This document shows positions 23,601 to 38,600 of a DNA stretch of 64,000 nucleotides, one piece after another. This stretch comes from Oikopleura dioica (lineage: Eukaryota; Animalia; Chordata), in the NCBI GenBank assembly GCA_907165135.1, contig OU015568.1:13392001-13456000 (forward strand), in the 5' to 3' direction. The position numbers and the translations under genes are program-made. Below the pieces are notes generated by a model. That model was not told where the DNA came from and did not search any database. It saw only the letters and a list, made by a program, of their open reading frames with translations. Position 1 is the first letter of the stretch. Every line of letters begins with the position of its first letter.

Positions 23601-26600
23601 TAACTACCAGGATAAGAAGCACGAGGTCAATTTCAATCAGGCTGAGACCGAAAAATACCTGCAAGACAAGGAACATCGCGCCAAGACCAGCGACAAAGGA
23701 TACAAAAAGGAATGGTCCGAAAAAGTTCAGGGCACTACCGTTGGTACTGCCCGAACTATGGAGATGGACCTTCAGGATACCCTTAAAATCACCAAGGATT
23801 CCGCGTACAAAGAAGGCGCTAAGGAGCGAATGAAGAGCTACAATCGATCTCTCCAAGATCCTGATTACGAACAAATGGCCAAGTCGCAGATTCAGAGATC
23901 TGACAAAGACTACAAAAAGGACTACAATGAGAATGTTCTTGGAAAGAACATTGGTGCTCCTATTGAGGGTCATCTTGACTACTACAACCAGAAGAAAGTC
24001 AAAGAAATCACTCAAGATTCTGCTTATACCGCTGATGCCAAGGATCGAATGCGATCGTTTGTCCTTGAACCTAATGCACCATTTGTCCGCAATGCCATTG
24101 ACGTCCAGAAGCAGGTCAATATGGCTTCTTACCGAAAATCTGGAAAGGAAGCAATCGACCAGTTCAAGGGTTTCCAGCAATTGGATATCTACAAGAACCC
24201 TTACCTCAACCGTCACATTATCAATTCTGAAAACTTGTCGAACAACTACTACAAGGAAGAGTACGAAATCGACAAGGACTGTGTTTACTTCCCATACAAC
24301 ACTACTGAGAAGTATGCGGCAGACAAGAAGCTCCACGACACTGCCGGTGATCTTGCTTATGCTGAGAGTCACAAGAAAGAGGACTGGAAGCATTCTATGG
24401 ACCTTTGTGCCACTGAAAAATACCAGCAAGATGCGAAGCTTGTTGCTGAGAACCAAGGACAGCGATACAAAGCAAAATATCTTGAAGATGTCTCCAAGGG
24501 TCGAGCAGGTGGTAAACTTGTTCATACTTGGGAAATTGACGCGATGAACATGATGAAGAAGGTTCGAGACCAAGCCTACACTGCTGGAGCCAAGCAAATT
24601 CAGCGAAAATATGATCTTATGCTTGATGACAACAAACTGTCTCACTTGATGAAAGTCCAAGATGTTTGCAACGCCCGACTTTACAAGAAGGACTACAATG
24701 AAAATACTCTTGGAAAGGGCGCTGCTGATCCAGGCATCGCTTATCCTTATTACAAGGAACAAGCTAAGCTCACCGAAAAGATGCAAGCAAGCGAGTACAC
24801 CAAAGACGCGAAAGAACGTATGGAAAAGCCAGAAAACTACGTTCGATGGGATGAGCTTCGACGATCGCGAAAAGTCGCTCTTCAGTGCAAGGACTCTGAA
24901 TATCGAAAGTCCTTCCATGAAGCTGTCAAGAGCATGAAGGGATTCCAGCAGCTCGACATCTTCCAGAACCCTTACATGTCTCGGCACATTGTCAACGCAG
25001 AAAACGCATCCGATGTGTACTACAAGGAAGACTACGAAAACAACAAGGATGTTGTTTATTTCCCTGTCCAGATCACTGAACGATTCCAGGACATGAAAAA
25101 GATCGCCGAGATCGAGGCTGACTATAAAACTGAAGCTAAGAAAATTCAGGCGAAAGTCACTTTCGACGCTGCTTCCACAGAGAAATATAATGCTGACAAA
25201 GCTCTTCGAGAAAAACTCGGCGCTGAATACACCAAAAACTCCATTGAGATCAATGCCCGACCCAAGGGTGTCGACAAAACTATGGATATGGAGCGAATCG
25301 AAAAGCTCAAGATTGTCCAGGGAACCAACTATGCTGCTGAAGCTAAGCGTCTTGCTATGAAATACGGGCTTACTGCTGATGATACCAAGCTAGCGAATTC
25401 CCTTCTTTCTGCGAAAATCACTTCTGATCGTCTTTACCATGAGCACTACAACAAACATGTTCGAGGCACAACCGCTCAGAATCCAGGAATCGCTTACGAG
25501 ATCGAGGTTACTCGAAACAAGAACGCTGCGAAGATTCGATCTGACAACGAATATCAGAAGGATGCCAAGAAACTCGCTCAGCGAAACGAGTTTACTAAGC
25601 AGAAATACAGTGAATCCGAGAAGGCTCGACTTGTTGCTCTCCAATGCAATGATTCTGAATATCAAAAGGGCAAACGAGAAGCTGTCAACGAGTTCAAGGG
25701 TTACATGCGAATGGATGCTTCTCTTCATCCAGTTGTTACTCGAGGTATCCTTGTTTCTGAAATGCAGTCTGCTGCGCTTTACCGAGAAGATTGGGAGATG
25801 GAGAAAGATCTTATTTACTATCCCTTGAACATGACTCCCGGTTATGAGCAGCTCAAAGCAGCCGACGAGTACAAATCCGATGCTAACTATCGAGCCAAAT
25901 GGGAACAAGACAAGATTGCAACCAAGTACAATGCTGCTCTCACTGAAAAGTACAATAACGATCTTGAAATCCGAAAGGTTCAATCAGACGCCTTTTACCG
26001 ATCTGAATGGAACAGCAAACAGCGACATGAGTTCAAAACACCCGCTCGAACAATGGAAATGGATCGATTTGAGCCTCTCCGAAAGCTTACTAATAAGGCC
26101 TACGCCCTTGAAGCGAAAAAACTTGGTGAGAAATATGGCCTTGTTCATGACGATATTACTCTTCGAAACTTAATGGCTGTTGGTGGTATCACATCTCAGA
26201 TCGCTTACAAGAAAGCCTACAATGCTGAAGACCTTGGAAAGTCTTCCAAGGCCGACTTTTATGGCTATCTCCCTTATGTCACCCAACGAGATGTCAAAGC
26301 TGCAACCAATGACGCCGCTTACACCAAGGATGCCAAGAACATCATGAAGCACAACGTTGTTGCCCAGAGTAACGAAGAGCTCCGAGCCCGCTCGGTCGCT
26401 CTTTCCATGAAAGATTCGGAGTACAAAAAATCTATGCGAGAAGCTATCGAAACCTGCAAGGGTTTCATGAGAATGGACGCTCATCTTCATCCTGTTGTCC
26501 AGAGAGGTGTTGCCGTCAATGAAATCATCTCTGATGCTCTCTACAAAGAAGAGTGGGAGTTAGAGAAGGATGCGATCTACTTCCCAGTCCAAATGACTCC

Positions 26601-29600
26601 AGGATATGAGACTGCAATTACTTCTACAAAGCAGAGCTCTGACATTGTCTATAAGTCTGATTACAATGCTAGCAAGCACCAGAACAAATACGATCCAACT
26701 GTTTCTGAAAAGTACCAGTCTGACAAGGTTGTGGAAAATGCTCGAAGTGATAAGACCTACAGAAAGGATTACGAAGAAACAAAACACCAGAACATTGGAA
26801 TCGCTGTCACCTCAGAAATGGAACGAGCTGGTATCCAACGAGATCTTCGAGATGCCAAGTATTCGCTTGAAGCCAAGAACTTGGCAATGAAATATGGCTT
26901 GACTCACGATGATATCAAGCTCAAGAACCTTCTGGCTGTTGGCGCTATTTGCTCAGAGCGACTTTACAAAGATCACTATAACAAGGAAGTTCTCGGAAAA
27001 TCATCCAAGGCTGATCTTAACGGTTATCCTCACATCAAGGACTCTTTCAAGCTTCAAAAAGAAATGTCGAAGGCTCAGTATGAGAAGAAATCAAAAGAAA
27101 TTCTCAAGAAAAACAACTATGCTCAATTCGACGACGAAATAAGAGCTCGAAACATGGCTCTTTCCGTTAAAGACTCAGCCTACAGATCATCAATGTGGAA
27201 AGCTATTGATGAATTCAAGGGTTTCATGAGAATGGATGCTTCTTCGCATCCAGTTGTTACTCGAGGTATTTTGGTCGCAGAACTCATGTCAGATGCTCTC
27301 TACAAAGAAGACTACATGCTTGAGCGCGATTTGATCTACTACCCCGTCCAGATCACTCCTGGATATGAATCTGCAACTAACGCTCAGAATTTCGCTTCTG
27401 ACATCAACTACCGAGCGAAATATCACGAAACAAAAGCTGAGAACAAGTACAACTCTACTCTTGATCAGCGATATGCTGAAATCAAAACTCATGAGAAAGC
27501 TCGATCTGACAAGACCTACAAAGCTGATTATGAAGCTACAAAGCATAACGCTAAAGGAACTCCTGTTACTCAAGAAATGGAGCGTGCTGCAATCATGAAA
27601 GAAATTAGCGATGATAAATACAAGGCGGAAGCCAAGAAACTCGCCATGAAATATGGACTGACTTGCGATGATATCAAGCTTGCCAATTCTTTGGCTGTTG
27701 CAAAGATCGCTAGTGACAAATTGTACAAGAAAGATTACAATGAAAACGTTCTTGGTGCATCTGGCAAAGCTGATCTCCAAGGTTATCCAGTTTACAAGGA
27801 TGCCAAGGAAAACAACGCCAAGCTCAACTCAAAAGCGTATAAGAAGGACGCTATGAAGGTTCTCGAAAAGAACAACTACGCTCAGTTTGATGACGAAATC
27901 CGTGCCCGAGAAGTTGCACTTTACTGCAATCCAGATCGATACAGCCAACAACGACGCGAAGTTATCAACGACATGAAGGGATTCATGAGAATGGACGCTG
28001 CTATGCATCCAGTTGTCACTCGAGGTATTGAAGTTGCTGAGATGCAGTCCGCTGCTCTTTACCGCGAAGAATGGGAGATCGAAAAGGATCTCATTTACTT
28101 CCCCGCACAGATTACACCTGGATATGAATCTGCTCAAGATGCTTACAAATTCCAGTCTGAGAATCTTTACCGAAAGAAATACAAAGATGACCTTGAAAAC
28201 GCTCCTGTTTTTAATCCTGTTCATACTGAAAAATATCAACAGGACAAGGAAACGGAGAAGCACCGTAGCGACAAGCACTACAAAGCTAAATGGGATGACA
28301 TGAAGGAGAAGGGACAAGGATTTAGTTCTGTTCCGGTGACCATGGAAATGGAACGAGCCAAGCTTCTTGAGAAAACCGCCATGAAAATTTACGGCAAAGA
28401 GGCTAAGAATGTTGCCATGAAATATGGTCTTGATGCTCAAGATGTTACCCTTAGCAACTTGAAGAATGTCCAACAGCTTCGTTCAGACATCCTTTACAAG
28501 AAGAAATACATCGAGGAGGATCTCGGAAAATCTTCTGTCGCTGATCTTAAGGGTTATCCTCATCTCGAGGCTTCCAACAAGCTCCAAAAAGCAATGTCCA
28601 AGGCTGAATACGAAAAAGATGCCAAGCAATGTTTGACAAAGAACAACTACGTGCAGTTCGACGAGCAGAACCGAGCTGAAAAAATGGCTTATGAAGTCCG
28701 AGGATCTAACTACCGACGACAAATGTGGGAGACTATCAACAAATACAAGGGTTTCCAGCGAATGGATGCCGCTTCTCACCCAATCGTCGCCGAGGGTAAT
28801 CGAGTCAACGATATCATTTCTCAGCGTAATTACATCGAGGACTATCTCATTGACCGAAATGTCATCTACTACCCTGTTCACATGACCCCTGGTTATGAAG
28901 CTGCTATGTTCGCCGCCAAATGGCAGTCCAACATCGAATACGATGCTGACTACCAGGAAAATAAGATGAAGAACAAGTTCAACATGACTGAGACTGAGCG
29001 ATACAAGGATATTCAGGTCACGGAACAATTCCGCTCTGACAAGAACTACCAGGCTAAGGTCAAAGCCGATTTCTCTGCTGGCAAGGGTCTCACTTCTATC
29101 AAAGAGACTCCGGAAATGGTTATTTCAAAGGCGCTTAAGCCTCTTCGAACTGAGTACATGAAGGAAGCCAAAGATCTCGCTGCTAAATATTCTCTCTGTG
29201 CTGGTGCAGTTGAAATTGCCCACGCTCTTGAAGTTGCTGACGTTACTTCCATGGCTCTTTATAAGAAGGATTACAATGAGAATACTCTTGGTAAAGCTGC
29301 TGCTAATCCTGGAATCGCATATCCCTTCTATGATCTTTGCAAAGAATACCAGAGCCAAAGATCTGACAAAAACTACAAGGGAGATCTTCAGAAAGTCCAC
29401 GATAAATACACTTTCATGGACTCGGACGAATGCCGACGAGCTCGAGCAGCTGCTTTATCCTGCACTCCTCGAGAGTACACTAAGCAGAGAGAGGAGGTGA
29501 TCAAAAAGTACCAGGGTTTCCAGCGAATGGATGCCGCTACTCACCCAATTGTATTGGAAGGAGAACGAGTCAACAACCTCATCTCAAAAGCCCGTTACCT

Positions 29601-32600
29601 CGAAGATTTCATCATTGAGAAAGAATCCGTCTTCTACCCAGTTCATCTCACTGCTGGCTATGAAAACTCTATCAACGCCCAGAAGCTTCTCTCTGAGACC
29701 GAGTACAAGAAAGATCACGAAGCGAACAAGTTTAAAAATGTGTACGACTCCAGCAAAACCGAGAAATACGCTGCTGACAAAGTTCACGAAAAACATCGAT
29801 CTGACTTTTATTACAAGCTTGAAGCTAACAAGATGTTTTCTGAGGGCAAGGGCTTCACCGAAGTTGCCGAGCGATTTGACATCAATCTCAGCAAAGAACT
29901 TCAGAAGACTCAGGGCGATCGATATGTCAAGGAAGCTAAAGAAATTGCTGGTAAATATGGTCTTGCTCATGACGCTATGGCCATTACTAGCGCTATTGCT
30001 ATCAGCGATGTTATTTCTAAAAAGCTTTACAAGAAGAAATATGAAGAAGAATGTCTTGGTACTGGAGCGAAAAACCCCGCAATTGCTCACCCAGAGTACT
30101 TGCACTACAGAGATGTTCAGGCAGCTTTGAACCAGAGTAATTACAAGGCTGAAGGTGACAAGATCAAGGTCAAATACACTGTTGCCGAGTCTAACGAGAC
30201 CCTTCGAGCAAGATCTGTTGCTCTTCAGTGCACTGACAAAGAATACAAGAAACAGCGTGCTGAAGTTATCAATAAGTACAAAGGCTTTCAGCACATGGAC
30301 GCCCACAACCATCCAGTCGTTGTCGAAGGAGAGCGAGTCAATGATATTATCTCTCACTCAAAGTACATTGAAGACTATCTCGTTGAGCGAAACTTCGTCT
30401 ATTTCCCAGCTCATATTACTCCTGGTTATGAAAATGCTGTTGCAGTCAACAAGTTCCAATCTGACATTCCATACAGAAAGGATTACTTGGAAAACCGAGC
30501 AAAGAACGTGTACGACGTCACCACCACTGAGCGATACGCGGATCAGAAGGCAGCTGTGAAGTATAAGAATGACCAGTACTACGCTGAAGAGTGGAATACA
30601 ACTGGGAAATTGAAGTTCACCCCTGTCAGTGATACTCCTGTTCAGAACCTCGCGAAGGCGAACTCGAAGCTTCAGCGACCAAATGATTACGTGGCTGATG
30701 CTAAAGATATCATGTCAAAGTATGGTCTTGAGCTTCAGAACTTGAACTTGCAGGAATCGATGAAGAATGGTCAGCACCACAAGGACTATCTTTACAAAGA
30801 AAAATACAACAAGGAGACCAAGGGTAAAGGTGGAAACTACAAAGGAATCGATGACGTCTTTGACTACAAGCGAGCGAAGGAGAACCAGTTCAACTTGAAC
30901 GAAAAGAACTACCGTGCCACTGGCGAAGAGTTCAATCACAAGTACACTCTTGTCTACGATACGCCCGTCCAGCTGACTGCTCTCAAGAATCAGAAAAACA
31001 TCAATCACGCTCTCTACTCGAAGTCCAAAATTGAAGCCATTGAAAAATTTAAGGGCTTCCAGAGAATGGATGCCGCTACTCATCCAATCGTCGTTGAGGG
31101 AGAACGAGTGAACGATGTTATCTCTCACCGAAAGTACATCGAAGACTACCTTATTGATAGAAACGTCATCTACTACCCTGTTCATATGACTCCTGGTTAC
31201 GAAACTGCCATGTACGCTTCTAAATGGCAATCTAACATTGGTTACACTGATGAATACCAGAAGTCTAAAGTAAAGAACGTCTATAATCAGGCTGAGTCCG
31301 AGCAGTATAAGGATGCTAAGGCCCGACAAGCTGCTATTGGACAAAATGCCTACGGTCGAGAATGGAAGGACAAACTTGCGACTTCGAAGCAGCACACTGA
31401 AATCGTTGATCCCACTGAGGTTAAGCTTGCCAAGAGCGTCAAACCATGGATCGGCAAAGCCGCTTACATCAAGGCTGCAAAGGAAATCGCTGCCAAGCAT
31501 GGACTTGTTGCCGGTGATATCAGTCTACAGCACGCCGCTGAGTGCAAGCTGAAGCTCTCGATGAAGGATTATCGACAGGCATATGTTGAGTCCGTACAGG
31601 GTGTTGGTGGAAAATATCAGTCCATTGATGACTTGTTCATTGAAAAACAAGCCAAACTCACTCAAGAGCAACTTTCCCAGAAAAACTACACCGCTAAAGA
31701 TGATGCTTCTCTTCACCAATACACTGTTATTCCCGATTCTATCGAAATGCAGCGAGTTAAAGCTCAAGCCGGTCTTCTCAACGATTACTTGTACTCTGCT
31801 TCTCGACGAGACTGTATTGCTCGATACAAGGGTTTCCAAAACATGGACGCTCACTCTCACCCCGTTGTCATTCGTGGTGTTGAAGCTATGGAGCGAATTT
31901 CAAACTCCAAGTACACTGAAGAGTGGAAAGAAATTAAGGAGATGATCTACTTCCCCGTTCAGATTACTCCAGCTTATGAGTCTGCTATGCAAGCTTATCA
32001 GTTCCAGTCCCAGCTTCTCTACAACAAGGACTACCACAAAGAAAAGCACAACAATGTCTACAACATGTGTACCAGTGAAGGTTACGCTCAGAAGCAAACC
32101 GCAAATAAGATCCTTTCCGATCATCATTATCAGGAAGACTACCGAAAGAACAAGGGCAAGGGCTTCACTGAAGTGATGACTCTCAAAGAAGAGACTGCGA
32201 AGAGTGTCCAGCCACAAACATCCATTAGACTTTATCAGCAAGCCGCCAAGGACTTGATGGGCAAGTACCACATTGACTGTACGGCAATGGAAGTCGGCCA
32301 TGCTATGGAGATGCGAAATGTCTGCTCCCAGCGAATCTATGATGATGTTTATAACAAGGAAGTCAAGGGTCTGCCATCTCGATTCTTCCATCTAACTGAA
32401 ACTTACGACACTTACAAGAAGAACGCCATCAACTTGAATGATAAGATCTACCAGCAGGATGGACGCGTCGCCTCGCATCAGTATACTTTCGGGCCCAATC
32501 TCATGCTCGAACACTACAAGAACGTTATGAAGCTCATGAGCACTTCTGACTACACCAAGTCACAGAAGATCGTTAACAATACATTCAAGGCTTTCTCCAA

Positions 32601-35600
32601 GCTCTGTGTCGGCGACGATATGAACATGGTTCGAGCTGCTGAAAATGCTCGAAACTTGTCTGACTGGCGATACAAGGAAGAATACCTCGAAGAGCGAAAC
32701 TACGCCTATTTCCCTGTTCACATCACTCCGGGATATGAGAATGCTCTCCAGCACACCAAAATGATGTCTGACAAGAAATACAAGGCAGAATACGAAGAAT
32801 CTAAGCGAAAAGCAAACCATTTCCGTGCTAACGAGACTGAGCATTACATCCAAAATAAGGACCTCGATGGCTTCCTTTCTATTCACAAGTACAGAGCTAA
32901 GTATATGGCCGATAGGAACAAGGGCTACAAGGGTGTCAAGGGTCTTGATATGGTTCAAGAAAACCTTCGAGATTGCCAGAAACGCCTGAGCAACTGGACA
33001 TACGAGCAAGAAGCCCGAAATACTATGGGCAAATATAATCTCGACTTGGACTTTATGCCATTCAAGCTTGCGAAAGCTAATGACGTCATCCAAAGTGAGA
33101 ACCTTTACCGAAAGGCTGGAAAAGAATTCAACACCAAGTACCAGTCTGCTGGAAAGGACGAATTTGCTCTTCAGCTCCATGCTGCTAACAAGAAGCTCCA
33201 AAACCCTAACAATTACGCCGCTGATTGGAATAAGCAGAAGGAGAAGTACACTCTTATCCCCGACTCTGTCGCAGTTGAAGGCGCCAAAGCTGCGTCCAAG
33301 GCCTTCAGCCAGAAGGAGTACTTGAAGGATTATGAAGCTGCCGTAAAGAGCGCCTCTTCTTTCAAAAACATCGATATGTGGCCTGAAGATCGATTCCACT
33401 CGGAAGTCACTCGAAATATGTCGAAGCATGCGTACCAGGAGGAATATCTTATTGACCGAGAGTGCTGCTTCTACCCTGTTCACATCACGCCTGGGTACGA
33501 ACTTTCTCTCGAAGTCAACCGATTCCAGTCCCAGTGGCTCTATCTTCAGAAGTATAAAAAGGATATCCAGGGCGCGCCAAACAAGTACAAAATCACTGAG
33601 TCTGAGAAATATTCTCAGGACAAGAAGAACAAGGGTCTTCTTGACTTCAAGTACCAAGAAGCTGGAAAGGCCGCTAACACCAAATGGCAATTTACAATTA
33701 TCACTCCTGTTCATGAGCACCAAAAGGCCATGATCGAGCTCGGTAGTGAATCAAAGTACAAAAAGGAGGCTAAGGAAATCATGATGAAGTATGACTTGCC
33801 AGTTCAGCGAATTGATATTGTTGCTGCTAAAGAAGCTCGACAGATGGTATCTGACTATATCTACTTAACTAAGCATCGAGAAGAAAAGGGTAAATCTCGT
33901 CTCTGGAATGCTGCTGCTGCCCTTGATGGTCCTCGACATAAGGAAAATCAACAAAACGTATCCGAGAAGGGCTACAAAGAAGCCGCTGAGAAGATGAAGA
34001 CAACATTTAATATTCCAGTAGATCACTTGCCTATCAAGGCTGCTCAAGAAGCTGCTGCTGCATGCTCTAACCTTGACTACAAGAAAACTTATCAGGAAGC
34101 CATCAAGCAATGCAGAGCTTTCACCAAACTCAGCATCAAGGATTCTCTCACTCAAACTTTCCATCAGGATGTGAAAGAAATTCTTTCTGACAAGAAATAC
34201 AAGGAAGAGTACATGGAAGAGCAGGTTGGCTGGTGCATTCCTGAATTCGATACTCCCGAGTACCGACGAATCAAAGAGCAGTACGACCGAGGTGATGTCT
34301 CTGACAAGCTTTACAAGAAGACATTCTACAAAAACACCTTCGGAAAGGGACTTACTGACTTCACTGGACCTTCCTTCCAGCATGCGCTCAATATGAAAAC
34401 CGAACAATCCAAAATTTCTTATGAAGCAAAAGACAAAGAGAAGCATAAGTGGGCTTCTCATATGGCTAACCAGACTCCCGGTGCAATGGAGCTCAAAGAA
34501 GCCCAGAAATATCAGTCTGCGTCTTCCTACAAACAGCCCGAGCACTACATGGGCATTGGTGCTGCCGTTATGTCAGAAGAAACCAAAAATCAGCTTGAAG
34601 TTCAGCACTTGGCTTCCGTTAACGAGTACAAACAGAAGTACGAAGAGACAAAGCACATTTCCGACTTTGCAAAGTGCGAGGAGCCAATCGACATGGCTGC
34701 TTTCAAGGATGCACAAAAACTCCAATCCGATAATCTCTACAAGGCTCAGCACTTGAAGGAGGACTTCGGCAGACCTGCTGAATTAGCCATGTCAGTCAAG
34801 CTTGTTCAGGATCGAGAAAATCAGAAACTTGCTTCTGAGCATCCATACAAGCTCAAGGGTGAGAAGGCCAAACACATCCAGAGCTACCAAAACAACTTGT
34901 TCCTCACTCCATGGGCTAAATATGTTGAAGAGATGAAGCATCTTGTTTCTGACAACAAGTACAAGGAAGAATGGAACGATGAAAAATCTGCTATCTGGGT
35001 CCCTTACATGTGGACTGTCGAGTACGAGCACTACAAAGAACAGGCTGATCTCAAGAATCAGCGAGCATACACTGGCGATGCCAAAAAGGCTCTTTCAAAA
35101 ACCGCCAATCTTTATCAATCTGTTGAGCATGAATTCCAAAAGGAAGTTAAGAAGGAAATCTCCACCATCAACTATGGCAACAAAGTTAAGGGTGTTATGC
35201 AGCACGGTCCACACACTACTGTTGCTGATACTCCAGCGATTCTTCACGCTAAAGAAGCCCAAGAACTCGCATCTGGTCAGAAATATAAGGCAGAAGCTGA
35301 AGTTTTCAACAAGTTCTGTGCTCTTGACCCCACTGGAGGTAGCTACGTGAACAATGCTCATCTTGTTGAAGCTACAAAGCTCGCTAAAGATGCAAACGTC
35401 GTGAAACTCGATCAGACTTACGATCTCAAGGCTACTCCTATCGAGCTCAAGGATGATTTCAAAACCCAAGAACTCCTCCGCGCCCAGAAAATGGTGGGCG
35501 GTAAAGATTACAAGAAGGAGGCGATTGCTGAAATGCATGCTGTAAACGGTTGTTCTGTAACTGATACTCCTTGGCAACTCACTGTCGACAATGCTCAAAA

Positions 35601-38600
35601 GTACGCTTCTGAGACTCAATATCGAGAAGATCCAAGCAAGATGAAAATCTTTGATGATGGTACCCACGATATCCAGAAGTATGCCGATCGCCAGGCTAAT
35701 ATCTCTGACGTCAAATATCGAGAAGAATACAACGATTACTGGAAGGGGCAAGTTCTTTCTCTGCCAATTCCATTTGATTTGACGATGGAATCTCTGTGCG
35801 AGCGTCAAAAACTCACTGATGACAAAGCTTACAAGGAAAAAGCCAAGGAAGCTGCTCAGAAATACCTTGTGGTTCCAGATACTCCTTACTACCGACACTT
35901 GAAAGAACTTGCGGAGAAATCTGGCGAGCGTACTTACAAGGCCGCTGCTCTTCATGAAATGAGAGCAATGAATCTCAACACTGCGGACTCATTCAGCATC
36001 AACGAGGTCAAAAAGGCTGAAGCTCTTAAGAGCAACCGCGAGTACCAACGAGAAGCTAAGCTCGAAATGAGTCTCAACTCGCAAACTGTCAACAAGGAGA
36101 CTGCAGCCCAAATCGAAGCAACGAAGGTTTCTGATAAGATTGGCTACTACAAAGATGGCAAGGAAGCTATGAAATCGAACTTGCAGGCTCACAAGACCTT
36201 GGAGCAAGCTCATATCAAGGATACCGTCGAAAAGCTTAACGACAGAAACTACAAGGCTGCTGCAAAGGTCGAAATGCACGCTGTCAACTGCAACACCATT
36301 GGTGTCCAGCTCAATGCTGCTAAGGATGCTCAGAAGCTCACCGACGAGAAAGGATATAAGGAGATCGCTCTCAAGGACATGCAATCTACTAACATCCGAG
36401 ACGCTGATAACTTTGTATTCAACAATGTCAAACAGATTCAGAAAGCCGTCTCTGATGTCGAGTACAAGAATTCTGATCAGTTTGGTGGTATTAAAGACAA
36501 CGAGTGGTGCTTCCAGTTCCCCGATGATCTTTCTCTTACTTCTGCTCAGCAGACTACAAAATACCAGTCTGATGCTGCTTACAAAAAACAGTTCAACGAG
36601 CAGAAGGGTAAAGTTGCCTTTATCGCCGCTGATACACCTGAGTATGCTCGTCTCCAGAAGATGCAAGAGCAGTATTCTGACCTCAAGTACCGAGATCAGG
36701 TTAAGCGAGAGATGAAAGACATCACTTTCACTCCTAATCTCAAAGAAGCCACAAAGGCCTCTGAGATTGCTTCTGATGTGAAGTACCGAAAAGCTGGTAA
36801 GACCGAGCTCCAGAAGAATACTCAGGTCAAAGATATGATCGTTGATCACCAGGCTTCTATCACCAAGGACACTCTCCGATCTGATCGTGACTACAAACAG
36901 CAGTATGAGATGGAAAAGAGCAAATTCACTGCTTTGCCCGATGATATCCAAACCACTCACCGAAGCCGAGTCCAAAAGATTGCTTCGAAGATTGCGTATC
37001 AACAGGAGAACAAGATGTCCGAGTACTCCAAACTTGAGCGCACTTACGATCAAGAGCGACATGACGACAATCAGTACCTGGTCTCTTCTAAGTACAAGCA
37101 GAAGACTGAAGGCAAGTCTCTCGATATGGTTCCCTCAATGGAAGCTAAACTTGAGTTCCAGACTCTTGCTAGCAAGATTGAATACTCTAAGAACAAGCAG
37201 CAGGATAAGAACTCTTTCAAACCTGAGAGCACTCCAATGTACAACCAGCTCAAGGATCTCAAATCTATCCAGTCTGATGTTCAGTACAAGAAAAAAGCGC
37301 GAGAAGGCATGGACAAGAACCATGCTACATCCATCGAAGATCGACCAGATATCGCTCAAAATGCAACTGCTTCTAAGCTCGTCTCTGATAAGGCATACAA
37401 AGAAGCTGGCAAACAAGGATCATCCGGATACACTTTTGTTCCAGAGGCACCAATTCACCAGCATCACAATCACGCTGGAAAGATCAACTCTGAGCTTCAC
37501 TACAAACGAGAAGGTCTCAAGTCACAGAAGGGCAAGGGATGGGAAGCTGATGAAGCCAATCCTTTCCAGCAAACCTACATGGAAGCTCAGCGATTCACTT
37601 CCGGTCGAAATTACAAGACCGCCGCTAGAGACGCGATGAAGGCCAGTTGCTACGAAGACGACTTCAACTCTGAGCGTGTCAAAAAGGCCAGCCGAATCCT
37701 CTCCGACCGAGAATATAAGAAAGACTTTGAGAAGACCATGAAGGGCTACGGATATGATCTTCATATGACACCTGCTATGGAGGCTATTCGAAAAGCAAAT
37801 GCTATCAAGTCCGACAAGGAATATAAAAAACAGTACGAGAGTGAGCTCAAGGGTCGATCGGCTGGCGACGTTCTTCAGACACCGGCTATGAAAGCTGCTA
37901 TGGCTGCTCAACAGCTCATGAAGAAGGAGTCTCTTGGCGAAGCCATTGCTGGCAACGATAAGTGGGTCACTGCTCGAGTGAACGCAATTCTTGATACTCC
38001 AGAAATGCGACGAATCAAGGGAGTCGCAAAGACTTCTGAGCGAAACTACCGAATCAAGGTCAATCCTGGTGCCACTGTTCTTGATACCCCTGAAATGCGA
38101 CGAGTCAAGAACGTCAGCAAGATTCAGTCTAAGGTTGGCTACGCTGATAACAAGTGGAAGGGCAAATCTTGTGGAGTTATGGACACCCCTGAAATGCGAA
38201 TGGTTAAGCGAAACCAGAAGAACTTTTCCGAGCTCAAGTACAAGGAAGATCTGCAGAAGCAGGCCGGCAAGCGAATCCAGGTTGCCGATGATCTCGCTAC
38301 CAAGCGCGCTCGACGAGCAACTGATATTGCTTCCGATCTCAACTACAAGGGAATCCGAGGCAAGGTCGATCAGATGGAAGCGGCTCGAATGACTCTTGAA
38401 AATGAAGCTCGCCAGCAGCAGATCCGTTCTCAGGCGCCAGCGCAATCAACTGGAACTCGAGTTGGCCGAGCTATGCCTCGATATCGAGCTGATCCTGGTT
38501 CTGTTTTCGACATTGAAGATCCTACAGATATTGAGTACGGCAGCTCTTACAATCATCATTACGACACTGCTGATGATATGGATGGAGATGGCTCTGACTA

